A stretch of 64,000 bases of DNA from Blastocystis sp. Blastoise (GCA_039096225.1 JBBPEB010000029.1:806001-870000), one strand, 5' to 3'. Shown: positions 44,695 through 59,857, numbered from the stretch's first letter. Program-made: numbers and translations. Notes: a model not told the origin generated them from the letters alone.

Positions 44695-45348
44695 CTTTAA
44701 AAGGATACAATTCTATACTTAAAACGCCACTTGTTTTTTATTGTTGTTCTTGAAGTTGTTTTGCGGATTTTTTTATCAATCTCTTTGAAATTCATGTTTT
44801 TTTCATGATTTTCTAAACTAATTATTTATTTTCTTCATTTAGATAATAATATAATAGTTTTCGTCTCTATATTATTTTCTATATAAGTTATATAGAATCT
44901 ACGTTTAATATGATAAATATCTTAAGATAAGAAATATTATTTCCTATTGAATTCTTCATCTCAGATAATCACAGTTATTTCATCAATCCTCTCTATTTTT
45001 ACAAAAATTTCTTTGGGAATACATTTTCACATCATATCTTCTCATATATTCCTTATAGCCAATTCTCATCTATATTCTTGTAATCAAGAGTTCTTTTGCA
45101 ACAAATTTATGCAACAACACCCTCATTAAAGAGATTTATAACATTGAACAATTAGAATAAAAATGTGTTTTTTCAACCGAATTTAGACTATTCTGAATTC
45201 CGTTTTTCGATAGAATTTCGGACTGAATTCTTAGACCAATAACAACTATTTTATTCCCAGAAATAAGAATAAGAAATCAACAGTATTTATTCTTTGCTCT
45301 TTATATCGTCAAGAGAAGTATTATTGTTTTTTATTTAATAATACAAAG

Positions 45349-45863
45349 ATGGGTATTCTTGAAAAGATTAAGGAAATTGAGTTCGAAATGTCGAGAACTC
45401 AAAAGAACAAGGCTACTGAATTTCACTTTGGTGTTATGAAGGCTAGACTTGCAAAGTTACGTCAAGAAGTATATACTTTTTTTTATTGTTCACTTGATTT
45501 TCTGTTATTTAATGCTTCTAAATTATTTTTTTCTTCTATAGTTATTAGATCCTTCATCTTCTGGTGGTAGTAGTAAACCTGGTGAAGGTTTTGATGTAGC
45601 TCGTTCTGGTGATGCTCGTGTTGCTCTTATTGGTTTTCCTTCTGTAGGTAAATCTTCACTTTTAAATTATTTAACTGGTACTAAATCAGAAGCTGCTGCA
45701 TATGAATTCACTACTCTTACTTGTATTCCTGGTAATATTTATTATAAAGGTGTTAAAATTCAAATGCTCGATCTTCCTGGTATATTTTATTTTATTATTT
45801 TTATTAATATTATTATTATTTTTTTTTTTTTATTTATTATTATTATTATTATTTTTTAATTAT

Positions 45864-45894
<31 letters not shown>

Positions 45895-46525
45895 TATTTT
45901 ATTTATTTTTATTATATATTTACTACTAGTTTGTATATCTATCTATATATGATTCTATAGGTATTATTGAAGGTGCTGCTTATGGTCGTGGTAGAGGTCG
46001 TCAGGTTATTGCTGTTGCAAAGAGTGCTGATCTTATTATGATGATTCTAGATGCAGGTAGAGAAGATGAAAAGAATCATAGAGAATTATTAGAGAAAGAA
46101 TTAGAAACTGTAAGAAGTTTATTTTTTATTTATTATTTATTACTTTGTTTATTATTATTATATGTTTATGTTTTTATTTTATAATTATTATTATTATATT
46201 TATTATTTTGTTTATTATTATTATATTTATTATTTATGATATTCATTAATATTTCCTTTATAGGTAGGTTTACGTTTAAATAAGCATCCCCCAGACGTTA
46301 CGTTCGTTAAGAAGATCGGTGGGGGTGTGAAGATTAACGCTACTGTGAAATTAACAAAACTTGGAGATGATCCTGCAGATACTATATATAAAATATTACA
46401 TGAAGTATATATATATTAGAATAAAAATTAGTTTTTTTTTTTTTTATTAAATTTAATAATGATTATTTTATATATTCAATATAATATAAATTGTTATATT
46501 AACAAATAATAATAGTATTATTATT

Positions 46526-46556
<31 letters not shown>

Positions 46557-47286
46557 TTAGTATCGTATTCATAATTGTGAAATGGTAGTAAGAGAAGATA
46601 TTTCTGTCGATGAAGTTATTGATGTTATTCTTGGAAATAGAAAATATGTAAAATGTCTTTATGTCTATAATAAAATTGATACAGTTGATATTGAAGATGT
46701 ATATATATTATTATTATTGTGTTTATGTTTGTTATGTATATTATATATTATTATTATGTATATTCTATATTATTATTATTATGTATATTATATTATTATT
46801 ATTATATATTCTATAGGTAGATTACTTAGCTCATCTTCCTAACAGTACTGTATGTTCTGTTTCTATGGAGTTAAATATGGAAGTAGTCAGAGAACTTATT
46901 TGGCAATATATACATATATTATTATTATTATGTTTTATAATATGGTTATTACTATTTGTCTTATATTTATTATTTTATTTATTTTAATATTTATTTACAT
47001 TAATTTATGTATATTATATATATATTATTATGTATATTATTATTATTCTACTTCTTCTAGATATATGGGTTTGATTCGTATATATACAAAACGTAAGGGA
47101 GAGAGTCCCTCGTTTGAAGAACCAGTTGTATTATCAGAATATAGAAATGGTGTTAGCGTAGAAGGAGCAGCCAAACAAATATATACTTATATATAATATA
47201 CTCTCTTTTTTATTATTTACTTTTTTATTAATTTTTATTATTATTATTTTATTATTTAATTATTATTTTTTATTTTATTTTATTAT

Positions 47287-47332
<46 letters not shown>

Positions 47333-47775
47333 TTATTTATTTATTTATTTTATTTATTTATTTTATTATTATTATATATATATTATTATTATTTATTAAT
47401 ACTAATAATAATAAAACAAATATCTCAAGAATTATATGATAAGTTTAATTATGCTTATGTTTGGGGTCGTTCTACTAAATATAGTCCTCAACGTTGTGGA
47501 CTAAAACATATGCTGGAAGATGAAGATGTTATTGAAGTATATATATACATATATTATTATTATGTCTATTATTCTATTTATTATTATTTATAGAATTATA
47601 TCAATATAAATTATTTATTTAATTGTTTTTATTCTATATATAGATTATAAAGAAGACAACTAATCAAGAAAAACGTGATAAATTCTATGCTAAACATTGT
47701 CAAGATATTTGGGATAAATATCATGCTAAAAAGAAGGGAATGAAAACTCCACAAGTTGTACATATATATATATAA
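45349..47775 (+). CDS. DRG2: Developmentally regulated GTP-binding protein (DRG2/RBG2-type OBG GTPase); last few codons uncertain
   Basis: [56 protein letters not shown] and the TGS domain (IYTK...[22 protein letters not shown]). Two introns have non-canonical ends. Confidence 0.93.
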
Positions 47776-48273
47776 ATCACTTATAATACATTTCTATATA
47801 GCTTTATAATTATGAATACATTTATTTATTACTTTATAACTATCAACATCTTTATCTAGCTTTAAGCATTGTATTCCTCTATAAGAGAAAAGTTTTTTGA
47901 ACCACAAATCGTTGTAACTCTAAAGACTTGCATTTACAATTTAGATTTATTTCTTTGTTTTTACTTTTTTTTTGTTTCTATTTTATATATATCGATCATT
48001 TTCTTTCTATTCATGTATCTATTTATTTGATATACTTTATTCTCATTGCTCTCTATTTATTAAAACAAAATCTCAATTGTTTATTTTTTTGCTTCTTTTT
48101 TTTTAATTACAAGTTTAACGTTATCAACTATTCATACAATCATAACTAACAAAAATGGCATTCTTTTCAAGAACTCTCTTTTTTCTATAATTTATGACTT
48201 TTTAAATAAAAAAAAATAGAAAACAGTTTTTTATTTTTCTGTTAAATAGAAATAATTGTGACATTCTGATAAA

Positions 48274-50930
48274 AGTATATAGTTTTATTCATTACTCATC
48301 TCATTCTCTATTATTCTACAGTGGCCTCTAATCTAAATCAAAAACTAGATCTTCCTCAAATTGAATTAATCGTAAGATATTCAAATAAAAATCATTTTTG
48401 TCATTATTAGATATCTGAGAAGATCAATTATTACAAGAGTATCAATAGTTCAGATATTGCCAACTCCGATCTCCAAAGAATTTATACTCTTTTAAAATTT
48501 AATAACATTAACTATAGAGAACTTCCTACGGACTCTTCAATATTCAAATTTGTTGTATTTTTTATTCACTTTTATTTTCTGATTTTATCATATTTAGCGT
48601 CTTCTCATCAGTAAATATGTAGGTATGGATTCACAAAATCGTATTATTGTTCTTGATTACCTTGATCTTATGACTTATATGAATAATTATACTTTTATTA
48701 CACAATTCCCACAAACAATATTCCAACTTTTTCGAGACCTTGATTCCTCTATTCCACAAGTAGGACTCTATTCATTATTTATATTTTTGTTTAATTCTTA
48801 TATTTTATTTTATTCATGAACTATGGTTATATGCTGATTATACTATATATATATATATATATAATCTTTATTTTCATCTTCTAATTTTTATTATTCAATA
48901 GTATATAAATCGTCGAATGGAAACTTATGTATATAATATTTTATCTATTATTCCGTACACTTCTGCTATTAATCTACTTTCCGATTATTCTTCATTTATT
49001 GATGACAGTATATATATATATATATATATAGTTTATTATATATACTTATTATTCTATTGATAAGATATTTATTTTTATATTTAATTATTAAAAGCATTTA
49101 AATAATATTCTATTCTTCTATATTTTAATTTTAAGAATATTTTTGGTTTCCCTCTTTCGCGACACAATTGGTTTCCCTCGTTAAACATCATCAATATGTG
49201 AAACCAAATCAATCTTATACATTATATAACTTTATTTATGATATTAATGAATATTATGTTACCAATACTCAACATAATCATGAAGCGTTATGTCAAGCTC
49301 TAGAAGAGTATTTATTCATTTTTTATTATTCATTTTTTATTATTTATTATTAATTCATTTTTTATTATTTATTATTTATTATTTATTCATTATTTTTTAT
49401 TTATTATTTTATATTTTTTATTTATTATTTTATATTCTTATTATATATTTTTATTGTTTTATTATTATATATTTTTATTATTTTTTTTTTAATATTTTTT
49501 TTTCTTCATTATAATAATACAAAAATATTATATATATATATATATATATAATAGTATTCCTCATGAATTCCGAAATGATGGTGTGAATTATTCCTTATTA
49601 AAAGATGATTCCCGCGGGAATATTACTCAAAACTCAACTATTACGACTATGGATTCACCAAGTGAAAATAATAAGTATATTATTATATATAATAATATAT
49701 GTAATAATATATATAATAATAGAAATAATATTATATGTAATAATATATATAGTAATAAATATAATAATAGTTCTATACTTTCATCACCACCTGTATCTCC
49801 AAAGAGTATATATATATATCTATATATATATAATAATATTATTATTATATAAATGATATTATATATAGATTCCAGCTTCTTCCATAAATCTCTTAATTCT
49901 TGTATATATTTATTAATAATATAATGATATATATATATAGCTATTGCTTCTTTCCAACAAAATGTTCAAAAACACAATTTTCAATCTTTTCTTGAAGAAC
50001 TAGTATATATATATATATTAGTAATAACATATATATATGAATAATAATATATATAGTTACAACCAATAAATCCATATTATATATTCAAAAAGATATACAT
50101 ACATGTATATAAATAATAGTAATAATATATATATATTCTATAGTCAACAATTATACTTCTATTTCTCATTTTTTTCATGTTTTTAAGTAGTTCATCTTTC
50201 TCCTCAAGTATATATTATATATATATATATATAAATTTACTACTCTATTTCTTTATTATATTCATATTATTTCTTCTATATATATACATATATATAGAAC
50301 ATATTCCCTATCAGAACATAACAATTCCTTTTAACACAACTCTCTGTAATAATAATACTACTATAAATGATCATATTACCGTGAACATTTCTTCAAATTT
50401 GGAATGTAAAGATAATCGTAATTCGGTTCTTATTTCTTATCCTTATAAACCTGATATTTCCACGGTTATTCCTATTAATAAAATCAATATGACTCAAAGC
50501 ATTCAATCGTTATATTCAAATTCTTCATTATATAATATTATTGATAATTATTATTCTATTCTGAATTCTTTAGAAAATATAATTAAAGATATTCTCCAAT
50601 CATCTCAAACCAATGAAAATACTATTTCGAATCTTCAAAATCAATTGGATAATTCAAAAATGACCACTAAAAATCTTTATTTATTTATTCAAGATATTCA
50701 TGGAATTCTAAACGAATTAGAACCTAAAAATGATACTATATTTATATATTCAGGTGATTTTCAAAAGAAAGTTACAACAGTTCTAACCCGTTATTGTACT
50801 AATAATAAGCAAATAACCGTGGAAATCGGTAATTCTTTAGAAAATGAGGATACTTTATTCTTTGAAACCAATAATAAAAATGATGATAATAATAATAATA
50901 ATAAAGATGATAATAATAATAAAGATGATG

Positions 50931-50988
<58 letters not shown>

Positions 50989-51776
50989 GCGTAGTGTGTT
51001 TATATTACCTCCAGATTGTATTGTCAATAATTCTATTACTTCTATTATATCAATATTAAATTCGTTTTATACTATATTATTTAATACAGAAAGTAGTATA
51101 TTAAATTCAAATGATAAATTGAAAGATATGCAGATACAATTATCGAATAGTAAGAAGAGTATTGAAGATCTATCCAATAAGAATGAAAAGAATATGAATA
51201 CAATACATGCGATATCTATAGAATTAGAGAAAGAAAAAGAGAAATCTAAACAGTTCACATCAGAAGTAGAATCACTTAAAAATCAATTGAAAGAAAAAGA
51301 AGAAGAAGAAGAAAACAAACAAAATGAATATTCAAATTCTCTTAAAGAAGTCACTATTAGTAAAAATAAATATTATACCAGTTTTATGCAATGTATTAAC
51401 GATAAGACTTCACCTACTATAGAACAAAACACGAATGGTATTCATTTATTATTTTATTATTTTATTATTTTAATTATTCTTTTAATTATAAATATTCTGT
51501 TTATTATAAATATTCTGTTTATTATAAATATTCTATTTATTATAAATATCTTATATATTATAAATATTTTATATATTATATATATTATATGAATTTATCT
51601 ATTACTTCTTTCATATAAATAATCATATTATAAATATATATATCATTATAGAATCATCTCTTGTTCTTTATGAAGTATTTGCTTCTATAATCATTATACA
51701 AACTATAATAATCCTCTATTTGATTCTCTATTTTATTCCACTCCTAACACAAAACATAAATGCGAATGAAGAATAA
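48274..51776 (+). CDS. Hypothetical membrane protein (N-terminal domain, TM, coiled coil, C-terminal TM), multi-exon
   Basis: Continuous frame over GT-AG introns. TM STIILLFLIFFMFL, coiled coil at about 51100-51350, and C-terminal hydrophobic VFASIIIIQTIIILYLILYFIPLL. The start codon appears split by an intron. Confidence 0.6.
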
Positions 51777-52231
51777 TTAGTTTTTTATTAAAATAATTTT
51801 TTTTTTTGTTTATATATTTATGTTGATTCTAATATGTCTCTCTCTCTATATATATATATACCTCCTTTTCAATATAGTATTCTTTTTCACTTTTCTATTA
51901 ATACTTTCTTATATCTACATTTAAATAATTTTTTTTGTTTATTATTTTTTGAATTTCTCCTTATCTATTTCTAATTAAAAACAAAAATAACAAAACAATT
52001 ATTTCAAAGAAAACTAATTAAATACTATATCAAATAACATTTATTATTTGAATTATATATAAATTATTTATATTTTATTTTTTTTAAAGAAGAAATAGTA
52101 TTCATCAAAGAGGAAAATATGAAAATAGTAATCAAATAAAACATTTAATATTAATGGTTATAAAATATATATATAATGATATAAAAAAAAAGAAAAGAAA
52201 TTAATATTCTAATAATAGATAAGAATATTAC

Positions 52232-55200
52232 TTAAACACGAACAGTTCTTTCTTTAGCAAGATTGGTCTTAGACTTAGATTTTGTGTCTAATTTCTTCAT
52301 ACCTGATTGATTCTTTCGTTTTCTAGAAACATGAATTCTAAAAGCGAAATAAATGACAAAGATAAGAAGAATAACAACAACAGCAGTAACTACAATAATA
52401 ACAGTATTACTAACAGCATTACCATTATTATTATTATCATTATTATTAGTAGTAGTAATTTCAATAGAAGAATAAGGAAGAGAATTATAAATATCTACTT
52501 GATTTTCCCAATTTTCAACTGTAGCTAAACTATTAATAATATCATTTCTACTACCTTTAGCCATACCTTTCCATCTCCAATTATTACCAGAAGGAAGAGT
52601 AAGAGCAGTCTTTTCATTATTAGCAAATACAGAAGGAATACCTTCAGCATCATCAGTAGCACTACCAGACCAAGTAACATCTTTACCATAACGTATACCA
52701 TACATCATAAGAGAACTAGATTCAGTACCCATATATACATATAATTGATCCGAAGAAGATTCTAGATAGAATCTAGAAGGTAAAGAGATTTCAGCCCAAC
52801 GTTCAGGATGTTCATTATCAGGATAAGAAATAATAGTACCAGCAGTAAGACCACCTTCAGGAACAGTATAAGAAAGAATACCTTCAGTCTTTGTCCAAAT
52901 AGACATAGCAACAGATAAACCATTATCAGTTACTTTAATTTCAATACCTTGAGGAAGAGAACGTAATAATAAAAGAGATAATTGTAAAGTATTAGTATCA
53001 AATGTATTTACATTATTAAATTGAATAGGAACAACATCACCAAGAGAAATAGGATCAGCAGATTCAATTAAATGGCAATCATTATCACTAATATCACCCC
53101 AAGCACCATTTAATAAGCATACTCTAGTCATATTGCCAGTAAATCCTTGAGGACAAGCAGCAGTTTGAATTTGACCAGGAGTAGCAGATTTCCAAGCACC
53201 AAGAGAAGGACATTTAGTACTAACACCAGCATCAGTTACAGTAAATAAAGAAGAGAAAGGAGTAGGAATATAAGTATTTGTACGTTGCCAGTTAGTTATA
53301 TTCTTAATATTAGTTAAGATTTCATAACGAGTACCAGTAACAGGTCCTTTATAAATACCATTATAATAATGACCCATAAAAGGAGCAGCAAGTTCATTAT
53401 TATATTTAAGATCATCAGGTAAACCACTAATATAACCATCAACAGCACCACTAGCAATCCAAGTAGGAGCTTCAAAGAAAGCTAAACCATATAAGAAGAA
53501 AGGATAACTATCAGAACCTAAATAAACAAATATATTATCACCAGCAGTAGCAAGACCAAAATCAACACCACCACGATATCTCTTCCAATGTACATCATCC
53601 CATAAATCACTACTAGCACCAGCTTTATATTGAATTAAACCACCAGCATAAATAGGTTCACCTACAACAGTATAACTAATAAGATTTTCATTAGTTAATA
53701 ATTTCTTAGTATCAGGATTAAAAGCAACATCAGTAATAAATAATTCAGTACCTACAGGAATAGTAGTAAGAGCTACAAGAACAATAATATCAGGATTACC
53801 AGAACAGAAATGAGTAACAGCAACAGCACCAACAGGTAATTCTCTAGTACAAGCACTATAATCAGGTTCACCCCAAACACCATTATAAGAACAAGTCATA
53901 GTAGCTATACCATTAAGACCAATAGGACAAGAAGCAGTAGCAGAACGACCAGCTTGAGTCTTTACATAATTACCAGAAGCTTCACAATAAATAGGAGAAC
54001 ATTTAGAAATATCAGGAGTAACAGACCATTGACCAGAAGAAGAACAAACACGAGATTTATGACCAGAATAACCTAAATCACAAGTAGTATAACCAGTTTG
54101 ACCAGCAGTAGTTCTAGGCCAATCATCAACACTTTCACAATAAACACCAGAAGCTTCACTATCAACAACAAAAGGAGCTAAATCAGTGAAATCATATAAA
54201 CCACTTTCTTTCCAATCCCAATTAGTCATATTCATTAATTGTAATAATAATTCTTTCTTAGTACCACGTTTAGGTCCTTTATATTTCCAATCATCATGAT
54301 GATCAATAGAACGAGCAGCATTAACGGCAGTTAATACAGTAGGTTCAGCACAAGTGCTACTATTAATAGCATCAGCATCCCAAGTATTCTTAGCATAATT
54401 AATAGCATACATTAACAAAGCATCATCAACAGTAGAACTTTGAGCATTACCTAAGAAAACAATAATACTATCAGCAGTAGTATTAATAGCAAAATCACCA
54501 GTTTGTTGCCAACCAGCAGCAGTATCAATTTCAGCTTGATAATAAATAAGTACATCACCAGGATATTTATCTTCAGTTAAATCATAATAAGCATAACCCT
54601 CACCAGCATAAAAAGTACCACTTGGTCTCCAACCCTTATCAGTAAGATAAATACGAGTACCAGAAGGCATAAAAGTCATAAATAATAAAGCAATAGAATC
54701 TGGATTATCACTATTAAATCCAACAATAGCAATATCACCAGGTTGGAATCTAGGAACACAACTAGCTTTGTTAACAGAACCCCAAGTACCAGCATTAGAT
54801 CCTTGAGTACATTGTCTAGTTTGATAACCAGAATAAGCTTGAACACAAGGAATAGAAGCAACAGAACCAACAGGAGTTTCTACCCATAATCCACTAGCAG
54901 CACAAACATTACCTTCATTAGAAATAGTAAAAGAATCAGTAAATAAAGTAATAGCAGTTGTAGTAGAAGTTTCATACTTTAAAGGATCATGGAAGTTATT
55001 AATAAGAGCAGAAGGAGTACCAGAAGCAGGAGCAGCATATTTAAAGTTAATAGCAGTAGCAAATTCAACAAAATCGTTACCATTATAAACATCAGTAGGT
55101 AAAGGTTGAGTATTTTCAGGAATATATTGTCCATAATTTTCACCACCATAAATAACACTATAAACAAGTTTAGGAGAAGTTTCTGAACCACTTACAATAA

Positions 55201-57327
55201 ATAATCTACCCTTAGTAGAAGGAATAGTGAATGTACCAAGTATTTTCCATAAAGTACCATCATTTTCACCAGTCCAAGAAACACTAGTACCAGCAGATAA
55301 TCCAGTAGAAGGAGCAGTATAAACAAGAGCATTCTTAAGACTATAGAAAGATTGAGAACCATAAGACCATTCAGTAGTAGTAAACATAATTTGTTCACCA
55401 GGTACAATAGTACGTAAAGCAGCAAAAGAGAATCCTTTAGTACCAATAGTATTTAAAGAAACAATAGCTATACTACCAATAGAAAGAGTATTACTCATAG
55501 CATTACAGTTAAAGACAACATCTTGCCAAATACCATTAACACAACTTCTACTTTGAGAACCAGTATAACCAAAAGGACAAATACGATTGACTAATTGATT
55601 ATGAATAGTATTTGGCCAATCAGAAACAGAAGCACAAGAACCACTAGAAGTAGTCCAATCAGCACGAACTAAAGTGAATCCAGCATCATTACCTTGCCAA
55701 TTTTGAGCAGAACGAATACTTTGTAAAGTTTGAGCAATAGAAGAAGTAGTAGAACCATTATATTTAGCATTTTTAAAAGTAGAACCATAAAGATTAATAC
55801 CTTTAGTACCTAAAGAAGTAGGTAAATAAGATTCACCTCTTACAGTAACTTTACCAGTAGTAAGCCAACCATTAGGACCAAAATGTAAGCCAAATATAAA
55901 TGTAGGAGTTTCTAAAGATCCAGTATAAATGAATATTTGTTCATTATTACTATTGAAATCAAAAGAAGTACCATAAGTCATAGAGAAACCATTAGTATAA
56001 GTACCATCCCAAACAAAAGTAGTACCAGCAACAATACCACCACGAGGAACAACATATTGCATAACTTGTCCTAAAACATGGAATTCATTATTATCTCTCC
56101 AACCTAAGTTAGTAATATAAAAAGTAACATCTTCAGGAATAGTAGTAGTTGCTAAGAATAAGATTTTCTTATTAGCAGCAATAGAATTATAACCAATAAT
56201 AACAATACTATCCGATAATAAAGTAGAAGAACAAGAAGCATAAGAAGCAGTATCCCACATTAAATTATAACCAGAAGAACAAGTTTGAGTGATATATCCA
56301 GTAAAACCAGCAGGACAAGGTCTAGCAACAGTCTGACCACTTAAAGCACTTTGTACGTTAGTCATAGAAGGACAACTAGCACGATGACAATTAGCATTAT
56401 CAACTATACCCCAACTAACTTGACCATTATTATTATTACATAAACGAGCAGCAAAACCAGAATAACCAGGTTCACAAACAACTTTAGCAGTTTCACCAGC
56501 AACAGTCTTAGGCCATTTTTCTTCAGAAGCACAAACATTTGTTGAACTACCAATATGAACAGTAAAATAGCCAGAAGGCATAGAAGGGAAAACATTATTT
56601 TGAATATTCCAAGTAGAAGGATTATGAATATTACCAATTAATTCACTTCTAGTAGCAGCAGTAGCACCATTATAAATACCACATTGAGGAGCAGTAGTTT
56701 GAAGTGTATAACAATTAGATTCTTGAAGAGTAGTAGGAATAATAGTAGAAGAACTTCCAGTAACCATCCAAAGATGTTCAGGAGCAGAGATAGAACCACC
56801 AAAAACATATAAACCAACAGAAGGATCTTCTAAAGAGAAATCATTTTCAACAGACCAAGGAGCAGTAGAGATTTTGTTACTCCAAGAACGAATTGAACCA
56901 GCAGGTAAACCATAACCATCAACAGTAAAACATAAAATACCTTTATAAGTAGTAAAAGCATTTCCATTCCATTGATTTGTAGTAAAGCAAATCTTGGAAT
57001 TAGCAGGAATAAAAGATAAAGTAACAAAAGCTAAGGAATCAGGTTGATCATTGTTATAACCTACAATAGCTACATCACCAGCATCTATAGAACAAGATAT
57101 GTAAGATAAGTATCTTTATCTTTAAGAGATATATAAAAGAAAAGTGAAAAAAAAGAGAAAAAAAAATAAAAAAAGAGAAAAAAAGAAAAAAAAATGAATA
57201 AAAGTTACTAAAAAATAACATAAGCATCAAATAATTTATTATAATAAATATAAACCATACCTAAAGCTTGGATAGATAGGAATAAGGTTAAGACAACTAG
57301 ACTTTTGAATAAAGAAAAGTTCATCAT
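52232..57327 (-). CDS. Type I cell-surface protein (~1,640 aa): six copies of a ~190-aa GDIAIVG-type domain interspersed with seven HRM-like Cys modules
   Basis: Signal peptide MMNFSLFKSLVVLTLFLSIQA, one intron (57085-57260), then a 4.85-kb exon. It contains C..WP.T.AG....CP.G..G...R.C...G.W......C modules, TM VIIVVTAVVVILLIFVIYFAF and a basic tail ending TVRV. Confidence 0.85.
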
Positions 57328-58741
57328 TAAGAAAAAATCTATTTTAGAATAGTTTAAAGTTATTCTTTATTAAATTGAAATATTTAATAAAAAGAAATAT
57401 GGTTGTTGACTATCAATTAAAATAGTAAACAAACCAATAAGAAGAAGATTCATTTTGTATTTAATAATTAAAGAAGCATAATCAAATAGTTTGAAATAAT
57501 TGGTAGAAAAAAGAGAATCAACAAATGAAAGATTCATTCGTTTAATTTAAAAGAAACCAGTCTCTCCGCCACATAAATAATAACCGCGATTCTCTACGCC
57601 TTGAGTATGGGATTCTCGGAGATCCTTCAGGTTTTCGTTACTTTTTCATTTTAAGACAAATCGAATCTTGCATTTGTTTAATATTTCCAAAAGAATAATT
57701 CCAATAATTTTAAAACTAAGAAGATTCATTATAGGCTATTGAAGATTATTTTAAATTAGTGAAGAGTTTGTTTCCAATATAAAAGAGAAACTAGATAATT
57801 TATGGTTGAGAAATAATTTCTTAAAAAATTGCCAAGTATAGACTTATGAAATAACTTCTGTATGGTGATTGCATATTTAGAGATTAATGAGAAGAATATG
57901 AACTAAAATTGACGATAACTGAATTAGAAGAAGAAACTGAATTGTCTATATAAAAGCTTATTTTTGATTGATTTGGATTTTAAAGAAATCTATATAATGT
58001 TTGTATTTTAAATATAAGTAATTACATACAATGAGACATGAAGTGCATCAATTCTCTCAGAATTTTTTCATTCTAAGTTACACTTAAGGTATTAAACGAG
58101 GTTTTTCAAATAATGTTCATTGGATAAAGACTATAATTAATAGAATTTTCAAAATACAAATCATTATTAACAGTCCTTAAAGGAAATGTAATTTATAATG
58201 AAATACATGCATATGATGAATGTATTGAAACGATTTATATCGTAAAATAAATTATTAAAAGATAAATGCATGAAGAATTGAAAAAATGGATAAAAATTCC
58301 ATATATTTTTCTTTTGGGATCTTCTTATTCTAATTAATTTTGTTAATTAGATAAAATAATAATTTAAAAATATATTTTTGTGTTTGATATAAGTTTTAGA
58401 ACATAGAATATGCATTTTCAAAAAAAATGAACAACAATTATATCAGTAATTTCATTTTGATGCAAATAAAAACGTTTGTGAATTTTAGAGAGTTTTCTAA
58501 ATACTGCGAAACATTGATTACAATATATGTTTTGTGTAAATGAATGCTTTAACGCGTATTTACATTCAATGAGAAAACAAGAAAAATTGCTAAGAAATGA
58601 GAAATTCCTTATATTTTGTGGAAAATGATAGTTCAGAGAATTATATTTCCAATAAAAATGGAATTTCTAATGAAGCAAAAATTGTTGTTGACTAACCAAT
58701 TTTTGTTTACCTTCTTGTTATAAACGATATTTTATTTTTAT

Positions 58742-59798
58742 ATGGGTAGTGCTAAAGAGAACTGTGAAGGTGATCTAGTTGAAGATAGTTATGGTATATA
58801 TTTTTCTTTATTAAGGATGATTGTTATATAGGTGAAATATTACCTGAGGAAGAAGTAAGAAAATGGCTTGGACAAAATTCAGAAGTCCTAGCTATGTATG
58901 ATCTCCTTATGGTTAACCTTCAAAAAAGGTATATCTAATATATTTTCTTGTATTTAGAAAATCATTTTTATTATTCAATAGAACCATTACTTCATCCTAT
59001 TCTTGTGCTGATGAAACTGCAAAATTATTAACTAGAATCGTATATGAAAGATATTTTCAATGATTTCTTTTTTTTAAATTTTTTTTTTATTTAGATTGAA
59101 GAGTTCTCTCTTCAGAATTTAGAAATTGTATTTAAAAACTTTAGAAGCATGGGATTTTATTTATTAAAACAACAACCAATGGCTTTATGTATTATGAATG
59201 TTATTTTACGTTTTATTTCCGTACTCTGTTCTCAAATTGATGAATTAGATCCTGATGTATATATATATATACTATAGTGTTTCTAAAGTTTATTGTATTC
59301 TATATATTTATGATTATGATTCTTATATTTTTGTTTAGGGTAAAAACCGTTTCAAAAATCCCTCCTTAGATACTACTCTGTACAAAATTCATCATAAAAA
59401 TTATATGAATTCACTTAAAGATATTAATGAAGAAGAATATAAAGAGGTATATATATATTGTATATATTATATATATTATATGTATTTATTGTATTATATG
59501 TATTATATATATTATATATATTATATATATTGTATATATTATATATATTATATGTATATATTGTATTATATGTATTATATATATTATATATATTATATAT
59601 ATTGTATTATATATTGTATATATTATATGTATATATTGTATTATATATAGACAATATTAGAAGTAGTAGAAGAAGAGATTATTCATGATATTAATTATGC
59701 ATATGAAGGTATTCAAAAGAAAACAGATACTTATATTAATAATCATGATACTATTATGATTCATGGAGAATCACATACTGTCACACAACTTCTTATTT

Positions 59799-59857
<59 letters not shown>

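Noticed and set aside
46906-47419. Classification as U12 minor-spliceosome introns
   Set aside because: There is no RTATCCTT donor or TCCTTAAC branch site; the donors are the local GTATAT consensus with one substitution.
48480-48517. Intron-like AT...AG segment in the 48274 gene
   Set aside because: It is 38 nt long and removal breaks the frame, whereas it reads through without a stop.
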